Assembly: GCA_964016885.1 (NCBI GenBank)
Contig: OZ024740.1
Location: 112,468,001 to 112,532,000, forward strand
DNA length: 64,000 bases
From: Eledone cirrhosa
Taxonomy: Eukaryota
Direction: 5' to 3'
Shown: piece by piece, positions 25,540-39,027 of the stretch
Layout: every line of letters starts with the position of its first letter
How positions within the stretch are numbered: position 1 is the stretch's first letter
Made by a program: the position numbers and the translations under genes
The notes under the pieces: generated by a model
Told to the model about the DNA's origin: nothing
Seen by the model: only the letters and a program-made list of their open reading frames with translations
Databases searched by the model: none

Positions 25540-26560
25540 GTGTATTTTGTTTTGGTACTGGCACTACCGCCTTACATGCAGTACAGGGTGCATATTTCTG
25601 CGGAATCTGCTCTACCATTTTACAGAATGTATTGGCATATTTTATTGTGGCACCAGTACTGCGACTTTACAGAATGTATCAGGTGCATTTTATTGTGGCA
25701 TCAATACTACCACTTTATAGATTGTACTGGGTGCATTTTATTGTGACACCAGCACTTCTGTTTACAAGGTGTACTGGGTGCATTTTATTGTGACACCAGC
25801 ACTTCTGTTTACAAGGTGTACTGGGTGCATTTTATTGTGACACCAGCACTGCCTGTTTACAAGATGTACTGGGTGCATTTTATTGTGACACCAGCACTTC
25901 TGTTTACAAGGTGTACTGGGTGCATTTTATTGTGGCATCAATACTACCACTTTATAGATTGTACTGGGTGCATTTTATTGTGACACCAGCACTTCTGTTT
26001 ACAAGGTGTACTGGGTGCATTTTATTGTGACACCTGCACTTCTGTTTACAAGGTGTACTGGGTGCATTTTATTGTGACACCAGCACTTCTGTTTACAAGG
26101 TGTACTGGGTGCATTTTATTGTGACACCAGCACTGCCTGTTTACAAGATGTACTGGGTGCATTTTATTGTGACACCAGCACTTTTGTTTACAAGGTGTAC
26201 TGGGTGCATTTTATTGTGGCATCAATACTACCACTTTATAGATTGTACTGGGTGAATTTTATTGTGACACCAGCACTTCTGTTTACAAGGTGTACTGGGT
26301 GCATTTTATTGTGGCATCAATACTACCACTTTATAGATTGTACTGGGTGCATTTTATTGTGACACCAGCACTTCTGTTTACAAGGTGTACTGGGTGCATT
26401 TTATTGTGACACCAGCACTACCTGTTTACTGTAAAATGGTAGCATTGTGGCATCAATGCTACCAGTTTACAGAGTATATTGGCACATTTTATTGTGGGAC
26501 TAGTACTACCATTTTACAGAATGTACTGGGTGCATTTTATTATGGCACCAGCACTACACT
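25540..26560. repeat. 47-49-bp minisatellite (gtgtactgggtgcattttattgtgacaccagcacttctgtttacaag), about 20 units
   Basis: Period of 47 measured (25741 to 25788). Three interspersed variants, degenerate at both edges. Confidence 0.95.
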
Positions 26561-27989
26561 ATATATGTGTATAAAACAAAGGAAATAGTCCTTAGGTTTT
26601 GGCAAACCATTATTATTTTTATCGTTTTCCCCTTTGGTTTATATAATATTTATATTTCTCCTTCCCAATGTCTGGAAACAACTTTGGAATTTTCTCAAAC
26701 AACATATCATAGACTTTTTTCTCTCCCTTGTTAGATTTTCATTTTCTCTTTTGCTTTGTTTATAAAAATTGAACCCCACACATACTGCCTTCGCTCTTTC
26801 TTTATTTTTTTCTATTTGTTCATTCAGGTTATTTATTTATTTTATCGTAATTTTTTTTTTTAGTTTTTTATATTTTATTGTAGGATTCTTCATTCTTCAA
26901 ATTATTTTTCACTTTTTCCTTTATTTTTTCTGTGTGTGTGTGTGTCTTTGTTTGCTTCTTTATATTCCTTCAGTTATATACATTTTTTCATCTTTTATAT
27001 TTCGTCAGATTCATTCTGTTCCTCTCTTTCCTTCTATTTGTTCATTCAGTTATTTATTTTATCATTCTAATTTTTCATTGTTCATATTTCACCATAGAAC
27101 TCATTCATTCTTCAAATGATTTTTTTAATTTTTTCATCCATTTTTTCTCTTTCTTTATTTCTTTCTTTCTTTCTTTCTTTCTCTACATTACCATTTCAAT
27201 TCACAGAACTTCTTTTACTTTTCTCATTCACCTCTAATCTCTCTCTATTCTGTTTGTCTCTTTCTCTCTCTCTCTCCTCACCTACCTATTATTATTCATA
27301 TATTCATTCTGTCTTTTGCAAACTCTTTTTTTCTTCTTCCATCCTTCCTCCAAAACTAAAATTGCTGAATATTATTTTTAGACATACATCCCCCCACAAC
27401 TCCTTCACCCTTACCCTCAACCTCTTCTCACTTCAGGTTTTTCTTTCTATTTTTTTCTTTTTGTCCCAAATTCCTTCTCTTGAGAGAATGAGTGTAAAAG
27501 TAGTTGATTTTTTTCCCCTCATTTTACTTACTGTTTTACTTATTTTATTTATTTACCATAGCACAGTTGCAGATTTTGTTGTTTTTTCAATGTTTTTAGT
27601 GCTTCTTGTTGTTGTTATTGTTATTATTATTGTTATTATTCAATGATTAATATAACATATGTTTGTGTAATATGTACATACACATAGTATCTAAGTGTGC
27701 TTAAGTATGCATATATATATATATATATGTATGTGTATATATATATATATATTCATACAGTGAAAATGTGGATGTGCATATACATATATATATACATAGA
27801 TATATATTTGTATTGTGTGTGGTGTGTGCAAACCTTATGTCTGCAGGAATAATATAAATGTACAGGTGTGTATGTATATGTTATATGTCAAAGTATATAT
27901 TTGTGTGTGCCTTAGATTATATATATAATGTAATGTATATATGTGTTTTTGGCAACCATTCACGGTGTGATTCTATGGAAGTACTTTCT

Positions 27990-28046
<57 letters not shown>

Positions 28047-28088
28047 TATACATAATATATATATATATATATAATATATATATACATA

Positions 28089-28120
<32 letters not shown>

Positions 28121-28125
28121 TATAC

Positions 28126-28176
<51 letters not shown>

Positions 28177-28190
28177 TATACATAATATAT

Positions 28191-28257
<67 letters not shown>

Positions 28258-28262
<5 letters not shown>

Positions 28263-28574
28263 TTAGTGGTTAGAGCATTGGCCTTACAATTGAAAGGTTG
28301 TGAGTTCAATTCTCAGACCGGGTGGTGTGTTGTTTCCTTGAGCAAGACACTTTATTTCACATTGCTCCAGTTTACTCAGCTGTAGAAATGAGATGATATG
28401 ATGGGGTCCATATCATTCCACTGCAAAGTGGTCGTGGAGGTGCCACGGCAAAAAGAAGCACCCAGCTCTCACTGTAAATGAGGTTGGTGTTAGGAAGGGC
28501 ATCCAGCTGTAGAAATCAAGCCAGAATCAGTTCCCGTCCCAACCTTGCAAGCAGACGTAAAATGATGATGATGA
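28258..28574 (+). mobile_element. tRNA-derived SINE family S2 (CORE-like body, RTE-derived tail)
   Basis: A-box tggcttagtgg, B-box gagttcaattc, body ccttgagcaagacacttta...cagctgtagaaatg. The tail matches the RTE 3' ends in this window. Confidence 0.85.
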
Positions 28575-28580
28575 TATATA

Positions 28581-29822
28581 TAAAAACTAGGTGTAGATAA
28601 ATGGCTTGTGAGAGCTATACAAGCCATGTATAAAGAAACAGTCAGCAATGTTAGAATTAACAATGAATATTGTGAAGAATTTAATGTAAAAGTTGGTGTT
28701 CATCAAGGCTCTGTCCTTAGCTCCCTCCTATTTATTATTGCCCTTCAGGCTATAACAGAAGAGTTTAAGACTGGCTGCCCATGGGAACTTCTATACACAG
28801 ATGATTTAACTCTCATAGCTGAATCTATGGCTGAACTAGAGAAGAAATTCCAAACATGGAAGCATGGCCTAGAATCAAAAGGCCTTAAAGTTAACTTGTC
28901 TAAGACTAGAGTTCTAGTTTGTAGAAAGGAAAATAGGGCACAGGTGCCCTCTGGGAAATGGCCATGCTCAGTGTGTAGGAAAGGAGTAGGCAGAAATTCC
29001 ATTTTATGTCCCAAATACAAATTATGGGTACATAAAAGATGTAGTGGGATCACAGGTAAGCTATCTAAGAATGTAGATTTTATGTGGCTGATGCTCAGGT
29101 GCAATAAGTAGCAAGTGCTCACAGGATACTAGCTCCTTCTATTGCCCAGATGGTTCTATAGATATAGTGGACACTTTCCATTACCTGGGTGACAGAACGG
29201 GATGGAATTGTATGATGCCTGTATACGAACAGCAATGCTACATGGCAGTGAGACATGGGCATTGTGTGCAGAGGACCTGCACAGGCTGGAAAGGAACAAA
29301 GCATGCATGTTCCGTTGGATGTGTAATAATAATATGCGTGAACGGCAAAGCATAAATGAACTAAGTGAGAAATTAGGAATAAGAGGGATCAGATGCTGTT
29401 TACTTGAGAGAAGACTACGTTGGTATGGTCACGTGATGCGCAGGAAAAACGACAGCTGTATAAAAATGTGCAGGGCGATCAAAATTGATGGTAGTTACGG
29501 AGTAGGTAGACCCAGAAATACCTGGGACGATTTGATAATTCCGACCTTACACACTTGCACCTCTCTAAGACATGTCACTGGACTGAGATCTTTGGCGCTA
29601 CTCAGTAATACAGAAGACCCACCTTGCCTATGTACAAAGCGAAACCTAGTCAATAGGCACCTCTTAACCAAATATACACCCCATCCCACTACTCCTACTC
29701 CATCCTCCCACTCCCACCAACACCACCCTTTCTCTGTAAAGGTGGTACCACAACATCCAGTCCGAACTAAATGAGATAATGAGATCGAGATCGTGTAGGT
29801 GTCACGACAAAAAAAAACACAC
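28581..29822 (+). mobile_element. Truncated, internally deleted RTE subfamily B copy
   Basis: ORFs 28608-29111 and 29202-29774. YADD is mutated to YTDD, there is a deletion near 29195, and the 3' end is missing. Confidence 0.92.
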
Positions 29823-29847
29823 AGGAGTTATATATATATATATATAT

Positions 29848-30108
29848 GGAGGCACATGGCTTAGTGGTTAGAGCATTGGCCTTGCAATCGAAAGGTTGTG
29901 AGTTCAATTCTCAAAATTCAGATAGGACTGGGGTCCCTATCATTCCACTGCAAAGTGGTCGTGGAGGTGCCACGGCAAAAAAGCACCCAGCACTCACTGT
30001 AAATGAGGTTGGTGTTAGGAATGGCATCCAGCTGTAGAAATCAAGCCAGAATCAGTTCCCGTCCCACCCTTGCAAGCAGAGAAAAAGCGGACGTAAAATG
30101 AAATGAAA

Positions 30109-30112
<4 letters not shown>
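29848..30112 (+). mobile_element. SINE S2 with its central domain deleted
   Basis: Same head and tail as 28258-28574, body absent. Confidence 0.85.
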
Positions 30113-30161
<49 letters not shown>

Positions 30162-31163
30162 GGCTTCTCCAAGACTAGAACTGTTTAATTCATATGAAAT
30201 CATCAGGAATATCCTGCTTGCAAGGGTGGGACACACACACATATATATATATATCCTACCCATGCTAGTGTGGAAGATGGCTGTTAAATGATGATGATAT
30301 ATTTATATAAATGTATGTGTATTATATGTTTCTATTTTAGGGTGTTTGAGCTGTTTCAATGTTTGCCAGACTTTCACTACCAATTTTTTTTTTGTTTTTC
30401 TATCTTTAACTTAGTTTCCATATTTTGTCTAGCTTGCTCCCTTTGAATACTTATTTTGGCAATCAGGTTGAAGCCCTTATTGTACTTGCACTTCCTCTTA
30501 TGACTAGTAGAGAGATGATGAAGATGAGAGGGTAGAGGAGACAGAAAAGAGATGTCGATGATAAGGATGGTGATGAAATTTAGGGTGATAACGATGAAAG
30601 TGTATGTGCGTGTATGTCTATGTGTATAGTGTTTTGCGATGAATGCGTAGCTGTGTATAGTGTATTGCGTATGTAGTGTAAGTATAAAGTCATGCATAGA
30701 TAAGATGATGATTCAGTCAGTATATGAGGGGTTAGGGTTGGGTGGGGCTGGGTGCAGAAATCATGAAGTACAGCAATAACAACATACACTGCAGCAGCAG
30801 CAAAAGCAATAACAGCAGCAGCAGCAGCAAAAACACAACAGCAGCAGCATCAACAATGACAACAATAAACACAACATTGAAGACAATATCCAGAGCAACA
30901 GCAACATCCACAACAACAACAGCAACAACACAATAACAACAGCAGCAATATCCACAGCAAACATCCTCTGTAATAAACATTAACAGTAACAGTTAATGTG
31001 TGGGAAAACATGTAAAACAGTGGATGTATATGTATAACAGAGAAAGGGAGACTGATGTGTGTGTGTGTGTGGGGGGGGGGGGGGGCATGTGCGTATGTGT
31101 GTGTATATGTATACAGACACACATTTATACATATTATATATACATATACATGTATTTCTCTAA

Positions 31164-31204
<41 letters not shown>

Positions 31205-31259
31205 CAGTTAAATAACTACAATGCTGGAGATGATGGTGAGATATATATATATATATTTA

Positions 31260-31319
<60 letters not shown>

Positions 31320-31372
31320 TATATGTATATACAAACATACATGTGTATGTGTTGAAGATGTATTGTACGGGA

Positions 31373-31431
<59 letters not shown>

Positions 31432-31534
31432 TATATGTATATACAAACATACATGTGTATGTGTTGAAGATGTATTGTACGGGAGTGGAGGAGAACTGCT
31501 GCATGATAGCCAGGAAATGAGAGAGAGAGAGAGT

Positions 31535-31646
<112 letters not shown>

Positions 31647-33020
31647 TGTGATAGGGGATAAGAAAGATATGGAATGGGAAATAAAGAGTTTAATAGTTCT
31701 TTGAAGATAGGGGGGAGCAGATCAGAGGAAATTGGATGGGAATATAAAAAATAAATAAATAAGTAAATATAAGTTTGACAGTGAAAACAGACACCTCTCC
31801 ACACCTATCTCTACCTCACCACACCTATCTTTCCTTCACTTTTCTTTTACCTGTTTTTTTATTGTTTTGATCTTTCACATCACCTCAGCTTACCTTAACT
31901 TCCCCACCTTTTCTTCTTCCTCTTCCCTCCCTTAACTTACCTTTCCTTCTCTTGTGTTGTTACCTGCTTCACTTTATACTTATACTACCTCCATCTCACA
32001 GTACTCCCACCGTTGCCTTGCTTCATTCCATCCCTTCTTATCTCCCCTCTCTTACTTAACCTCTCCATACCATCCCACCTCCAAGTCCTACCCTATCCAT
32101 TCCTTCTCATATCAGAGGAGTGTGTGTGTGTGTGTATATACACACATACACATACGTATGTATGTGTATGTGTATGTGTGTATATATATATATATATAAT
32201 ATATATATCTTTCCTTATTTTAACTTATCAAGCTCCTTGACTTTAACAGAGACTTTATTTGATAGTAGATAAGATTTGTGCCTCAGTTATTGTAGTTGTT
32301 GTTATGGCTGTTGTTATTACTATTGCAATTCCTAGTTGTTGCTGTTGTAGTTGTTGTCATTGACCTTTCTGTTGTGTTATTACAGCTGTGCCTGCAGAAA
32401 GATTAATTGACATATAAGAGCTTCTCTGTTCTTCTGTCTTGCTCACTACCACCACAGCATCATTTCCATATTACACTGTACTACACCACAACACTGTATT
32501 ACACTAAATCAACACATCATTGTGCTGTACTACACCTCACCAAAATACACTGTAGTACACCTCTACTCACCATTACTACACTACTATACAACATAATCCC
32601 TACATTTTTCTGTTTTGGGGAGAAAAACAAAATGTATGTGAAATATATTCAACACCAGTACAAATTAAAATTAAACTTTGAAAAGCTACTCCTAGCAAAA
32701 CCAGTTAGTATACAAAGTAATTAGATAATCATGACTATTTTTGAAAACCCAATGATATTTAAAATATATATATAATTTTATTTTGTATGAACTAATTTCT
32801 TTTTGCCTTGTACCTAAAAATTGCATGTATATACAAAAAACATTGGGTGCCTCTTCAATTCTTTAATATCATCTTCCCTGAATAATGTGATTTGTAGAAA
32901 ATTCATTATATTCTATATATGTGTGTGTGTGTGTTTCCCGGGTTTAATCGGGGCTAACCACAGTAAATGAGGTACTCAATACCTTACTTACTGTGGTATA
33001 TTATTATTATATTATTATAA

Positions 33021-33207
33021 GGGCGGTGAATTGGCAGTATCGGTAGAGAGTCGGACGCCATGCTTTCCAGCATAGTTACGTCTCTTTACGGTCCTAGTTC
33101 AAATCCCGCCGAGGTTATCTTTGCCTTTCATCCTTATGGGGTCGATAAAATAAAGTACCAGTAATGTACTGGGTAATTGCTGGCCTTGTGCCAAAAGTAG
33201 AACAATT
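33021..33207 (+). mobile_element. SINE S1
   Basis: Full A-box, B-box, body and tail. Confidence 0.9.
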
Positions 33208-33220
33208 ATTATATTATTAT

Positions 33221-33542
33221 CATCATTTTACGTCCGCTTTTCCCTGCTTGCAAGGGTGGGACGAGAACTGATTCTGGCTTGATTTCTACTGCTGGATGCC
33301 CTTCCTAACACCAACCTCATTTACAGTGTGGGCTGGGTGCTTTTTTGCCGTGGCACCTCCATGACCACTTTGCAGTGGAATGATAGGGCACCAGTCCTAT
33401 CATCTCATTTCTACAGCTGAGTAAACTGGAGCAATGTGAAATAAAGTGTCTTGTTCAAGGAAACAACACATCAGCCGGTCTGAGAATTGAACTCACAACC
33501 TTTCGATTGCAAGGCCAATGCTCTAACCACTAAGCCATGTGC
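33221..33542 (-). mobile_element. SINE S2, full length
   Basis: Reverse complement of the 28258-28574 family. Confidence 0.9.
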
Positions 33543-34683
33543 AAAGAGAAAAACAAATAGATGTTCTAGCTGTTTAACACTAGATCAGTTTTGACCATCA
33601 TGTCTGTTTTTCTTGCATTATCCAACTGTCCTCCATTTATAAGTTAGCAGAGTGTTCTTTGAGAGTGTATAAGTTACTATTTTTACAGGTCCTATATTTG
33701 TTAGCACCATGAAAGTTTTAAGCTCAAAGCTGTAATTTCCAAGTGTTGAAAAAAACCTGGCTATGAGTGGCTTCTAATAATTCTTTTGATACTAAACTAA
33801 CTGAAATCACCCATGTTTTTATGATACAAATATGGAGTCACTCTGTTGGTTACAATGAACAGAACAGCCTGCTCATGAACTTAACGTGCAAGTGATGCGC
33901 ATTCCACAGACACTCTTTACATAGTTCTTAGGGAGATTCAGTGTGATACAGTGTGTGACAAGGCTGGTCCTTCAACCTACAGGTACAACTCATTTTTGTC
34001 TGCTGAATAGATTGGAGCAACATGAAATAAAGTGTCAGGCATGATGCACTGCCGGGAATCAAATTCATGACATAACGATTGTGAGCTGAATATCCTAACC
34101 ACAAAGCCACACGCCAAATATATTAAATATCTAAAAACCTACCATCATAATTCTATATAAGAACTTTTGTTAAGTTATGCTTCAAACATCAACTTGATAA
34201 TGAGTTTTATCATTAATTTCTTACCAATTCATGATTATCTTCAAAATGATCTGAAAATAATAAGCAGTGACTTTCGTAAGAAACATAGCAATGAAACGGT
34301 TAAACTGACCTTCTCCCTTTATATATCCACTAAGGAAAGTCTTAGATCAAATCAACCATTAAAGAATATATAATAGGATAATTTCATTTCAAACACATTC
34401 AAAGGCTGATAACTTCTAACATGAACAGACAAAATGATATCTCGCTGTCAGATTTATTCCTTTACTCAGCCATTAGTATTTTCTATTTCATAATCTTGTA
34501 GTTTAACCAATTCCCTCACGTGACCTAGTTTTTAACCTTTTACTGTTGCATGTTACTGGTAATTTATTCCAGTAAATCTAGAAAGAGCAGTGTTTTCCAA
34601 AGATGGTTCCATAGAATCTTAGGGTTCTACAAAACAATGCATCTTTTAATAACATTTTGTAACATTGTTTTATATATATATAC

Positions 34684-34935
34684 ATCATCATCATCACCAT
34701 TTTACGTCCGTTCTTCCACGCTAGCATGGGTTAGACGGGTTGTCCTGTTGTGGGCAGTGTCCAGTCGGCTGACCATGCCTTGCTCATATGGGAACTGATT
34801 CTGGCTTGATTTCTACTGCTGGATGTCCTTCCTATTTACAGTGAGTGCTGGGTGCTTTTTTCCGTGGCACCTACACGTCCACTTTACAATGTGGGCTGGG
34901 TGCTTTTTTTGCCGTGGCACCTCCAAAACCACTTC
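34684..34935 (-). mobile_element. RTE subfamily A 3'UTR fragment
   Basis: Reverse complement of about 19530-19790. Confidence 0.88.
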
Positions 34936-35886
34936 CCATTACCATATTTCTAATGAAAGATATTGCTTAGAATTTTAAAATAATTTTGAAAATAATGAAT
35001 TTGAAGGGATTTAGTATTAGAAATACAACTAAGTTTCTCCTTATTTAAGCTAGTGTTTGGAACATAGCTTAAAGGTTTTCACCTAAAACATACGCACATA
35101 TATTTACAGTGTATCAATACTAGAACACTGGCACAATACTCACTACCTAACTATATGTGTGCACTCTGTATTACAAGATGCAGCTACTCATCTGCATGCT
35201 TGTTATCTCATTGAGTGAGTGGGTCATGGTCGGAAGTTGCTAAAATGAATTCAGTAACTTTTGTATACCATATATATACATATATACATAGCTTAGTGGT
35301 TAAAGTGTTGGGATTATGATTGTGAGGTTGTGAGTTTGGTTCCTGGACCAGGTGGTGTGTTGTATCCTTTATTTTACCTTGCTCCAGTTCACTCAGCTGG
35401 AAAAAATGATTTGTGATGTCACTGGTGCCAAGCTGTTTCAGCCTTAGCCTTTCCTTTGGACAATATCGGTGGCATGGAGAAGGCAGACTGGTATGTATGG
35501 GTGACTGCTGGTCTTCTGCAAACTCATCTTACCCAGATTTGTATAGGTTTTTAACTTCTGATGAAATCATAGGTGCACCATTATGACATACAGGCATTTA
35601 TTGAACATTTAGAATTGGCAGAACCCATCCCACTTCAGGTCTGAACACTGCTGATTTCTTCCAGGCAAAAGAAAATGAGAGAAAGAAAGGGGTGAGAAGA
35701 CTCACTGGTACTTTATTTGGTACTTTATTTATCAACTTTGAAAGGATGAAAAGCAAAGTTGACCATGGCAGGATTAGAAGAGAGAGCAGGAAGGAATACT
35801 GCAACACATTCTATCTGAAATTCCATTAACTTTGCCATTTTGCTGGCTTATATATATTGTACATTTGAAAGGAATTTAAATTATAT

Positions 35887-36720
35887 TTACAGCTCACACT
35901 TATGGATGTTTAGCTGGTCTCCTTCAAGTTGCATCTCAAAGGATGTTTCCAGTGCTGTAGATGAGATAACTCGTTTCCAACAGTTCATAACTTCATTTTA
36001 CTGAAAAAAAAGAAAAAAATACAGCACAGTAGCTGTAGCTTTGTAAAATATACATGGCAGTCAACAGGTTAATCATAGCTTCCCCAGTCCTATTGTGAAA
36101 AAGCAACATTTTATGATAATATGTCCAACATTCTATCAACTAGGACACATACATGCTTTCACATTGTACATTTAAAATGTCCAAATGAAAAAAGTCTCTC
36201 AGCTCTGGCTCCGTTAAATATATACGATGCAAGTTGTAAACAATTTACTTACATCTTAAGGGAATTGAATTTGTGTTTGAAAACTACTAGATTTTCCAGG
36301 AACCTACCCTCTACCATATCTGTGTTATTACACTTGTTTGCTGTTGTGTTATGTCAAATACCAATACCTAGCGGATTGAGCTGTTAGTGATGATCTGTCT
36401 GTCTGTCTTGTGTTGTACATCAAACAGGATTTACTGATTCTCCATGATTGCTTCAGTGTGACCAGCTTCACACCTTAAATCTCACTCTCTTTCTCTCACA
36501 CACTCTCTTTCTTATCCCCCTCTCTCTCTCTCGTTTCTCTTCTTCTCCCCTCTCTTTCTCATCTCTATGGATTCAATGGTTGTGAATTATCGAATCAGCT
36601 CCAATCCTTAGTTGTTTGGCTGGTCAATAAGTTAATGTCTATGCGTGATCTCCATTCCACATGCAATCGTGGACAACTTTCCCTGACATCTATTGCACTG
36701 CTTTGCTTGCTTGCTCCGTC
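35887..36720 (-). other. Candidate spliced minus-strand transcript (intron 36001-36252; short ORF 35988-35887)
   Basis: Minus-strand donor AAGAT|GTAAGT at 36252 and acceptor TTTTTTTCTTTTTTTTCAG| at 36001, within apparently non-repetitive sequence. Confidence 0.4.
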
Positions 36721-37059
36721 CTCTCACTCCCTCTCTCTCATTCGCTCTCCCTCCCTCCCTCTCTCTCTCTGCATGCATCCCTAGTTTTAAAAATAAAATG
36801 GTTGAATCACTTTGAATTAGTTGTACTTTTGATAGAGATTGATGGATACCAAAAAGGGATTTTCATTTAGTAGGCAGGGAAGAGGAGATAGGTGATGGAG
36901 GTATGGTTGGAGAGTAGGGGCTTACTTTGAGGTAGTTCTTGTGTTAGACATGTCTACAGAGATTAAGGGAGCGAGACGTCTTACATTTGAAGATTAAGTC
37001 TCCCCTAAACAGCTTTGTTAATTTAATCTATTAATGGACAACAGAAATCAAATGCACCA

Positions 37060-38475
37060 AGTTGTATGATGGTGATGATGAGGATGTTGGTGGTGATGAT
37101 TATGATTATGATGATAATGATGTTGATAGTGGTAGTGATGATGATGATTATGATGATAATGATGTTGATAGTGGTAGTGGTGATATTGATTATGGTGGTG
37201 ATGATGATGATAGTGGTAGTGGTGATATTGATTATGGTGGTGATGATGATGATTATGGTGGTGATATTGATTATGATGATGGTGATGTTGATTATGATGA
37301 TGATGGTGATATTGGCAGTGGTGGTGGCTCTAATGGTGATGACAGTTGTGATGGTGATGGAGAATAATGGTGGCTATGAAGAAAATAGGATACTACTAAT
37401 GATTGTGTTGGGGTTGTGGTTAACTGCTGTTGTAGTGGTGGTGGTAGTGCTGCTGAGGTTGGTTGTTGTTGTTATGGTGGTGGTGGTGGTGATAGTGTTG
37501 CTGCTGTTGGTAGTGCTGCTGTTGGTTGTTGTTGTTGTGGAGGTGGTGGTGACAGTAGTGCTGCTGTTGGTTGTGGTGGTGGTAGTGCTGCTGTTGGTTG
37601 TTGTTGTTGTGGAGGTGGTGGTGACAGTAGTGCTGTTGTGGTGGTGGTAGTGCTGCTGTTGGTTGTTGTTGTTGTGGAGGTGGTGGTGACAGTAGTGCTG
37701 CTGTTGGTTGTGGTGGTGGTAGTGCTGCTGTTGGTTGTTGTTGTTGTGGAGGTGGTGATGGTGGTGACAGTAGTGCTGTTGTGGTGGTGGTGGTGACAGT
37801 AGTGCTGCTGTTGGTTGTGGTGGTGGTAGTGCTGCTGTTGGTTGTGGTGGTGGTAGTGCTGCTGTTGGTTGTTGTTGTTGTGGAGGTGGTGATGGTGGTG
37901 ACAGTAGTGCTGTTGTGGTGGTGGTAGTGCTGCTGTTGGTTGTTGTTGTTGTGGAGGTGGTGGTGACAGTAGTGCTGCTGTTGGTTGTGGTGGTGGTAGT
38001 GCTGCTGTTGGTTGTTGTTGTTGTTGTGGTGGTGGTGGTGGTAGTAGTAGTGCTGCTGCTGTTGTTGTTGTAGTGGTGGTGGTAGTGCTGTTGCTGGTTG
38101 TTGTTGTTGTTGTTGTGGAGGCAATAGTAGTGCTACTGTTGGTTGTGGTGGTGGTAGTAGTGCTGATTGTGGTAGTGGTTGTGGTGGTGGTAGTAGTGCT
38201 ACTGTTGGTTGTGGTGGTGGTGGTGGTAGTAGTAGTGCTGCTGCTGTTGTTGTTGTAGTGGTGGTGGTAGTGCTGTTGCTGGTTGTTGTTGTTGTTGTTG
38301 TTGTGGAGGCAATAGTAGTGCTACTGTTGGTTGTGGTGGTGGTAGTGGTGGTGGTAGTAGTGCTGATTGTGGTAGTGGTTGTGGTGGTGGTAGTAGTGCT
38401 ACTGTTGGTTGTGGTGGTGGTGGTGGTGGTGGTGGTGGTGGTGCTGCTGTTGGTTGTGGTGGTGGTGGTGGTGTT
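37060..38475. repeat. Compound (GAT/GGT/GTT/GCT)n array
   Basis: Direct reading. Higher-order units gacagtagtgctgctgttggttgt. Confidence 0.95.
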
Positions 38476-38589
38476 TAGTTGTTACATATTCATACACACG
38501 ATCATATCTCATTATTAAATTTCCAGGGTGTGTGCATTAAGTAAAGGAGTGATGTGATGTGTGTTGGGTTGGGAGAGATAGACAGATAG

Positions 38590-38865
38590 ATAGATAGGGG
38601 TTTAGGACAGAGAGAGATTAATAGGCAGATAGATAGGGGTTTAGGGGAGAGAGAGATTAATAGGTAGATAGATAGGGGTTTAGGAGAGAGAGAGATTAAT
38701 AGATAGATAGATAGGGGTTTAGGAGAGAGAGAGATTAATAGGTAGATAGATAGGGGTTTAGGAGAGAGAGAGATTAATAGGTAGATAGATAGGGGTTTAG
38801 GAGAGAGAGAGATTAATAGGTAGATAGATAGGGGTTTAGGAGAGAGAGAGATTAATAGGCAGATA
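38590..38865. repeat. ~39-bp minisatellite (gatagataggggtttaggagagagagagattaataggta), about 7 copies
   Basis: Direct reading. Confidence 0.92.
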
Positions 38866-38951
38866 GATACAGAAAGACAGGGAGTTTAAGAGAGATGCAT
38901 AGATGGATAGATAGAAAGATATAGATACATAGATAGATAATAGGTAGATAG

Positions 38952-39027
<76 letters not shown>

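Noticed and set aside
25540-26560. CRISPR-like look (constant gtactgggtgcattttattgtg plus a variable part)
   Set aside because: The variable parts are three recurring variants rather than unique spacers. There are no cas genes and the context is eukaryotic.
26769-27646. Hydrophobic, membrane-like ORFs
   Set aside because: T-rich low-complexity sequence yields Phe/Leu/Ile/Ser runs, with no domain or splice evidence.
37062-38518. Asp-, Val-, Gly/Cys- and Gln-rich ORFs
   Set aside because: Microsatellite artefacts, as above.
38590-38865. Telomere-like gggtttagg motif
   Set aside because: A single motif per 39-bp unit embedded in GATA/GA repeats, not a telomeric tract.
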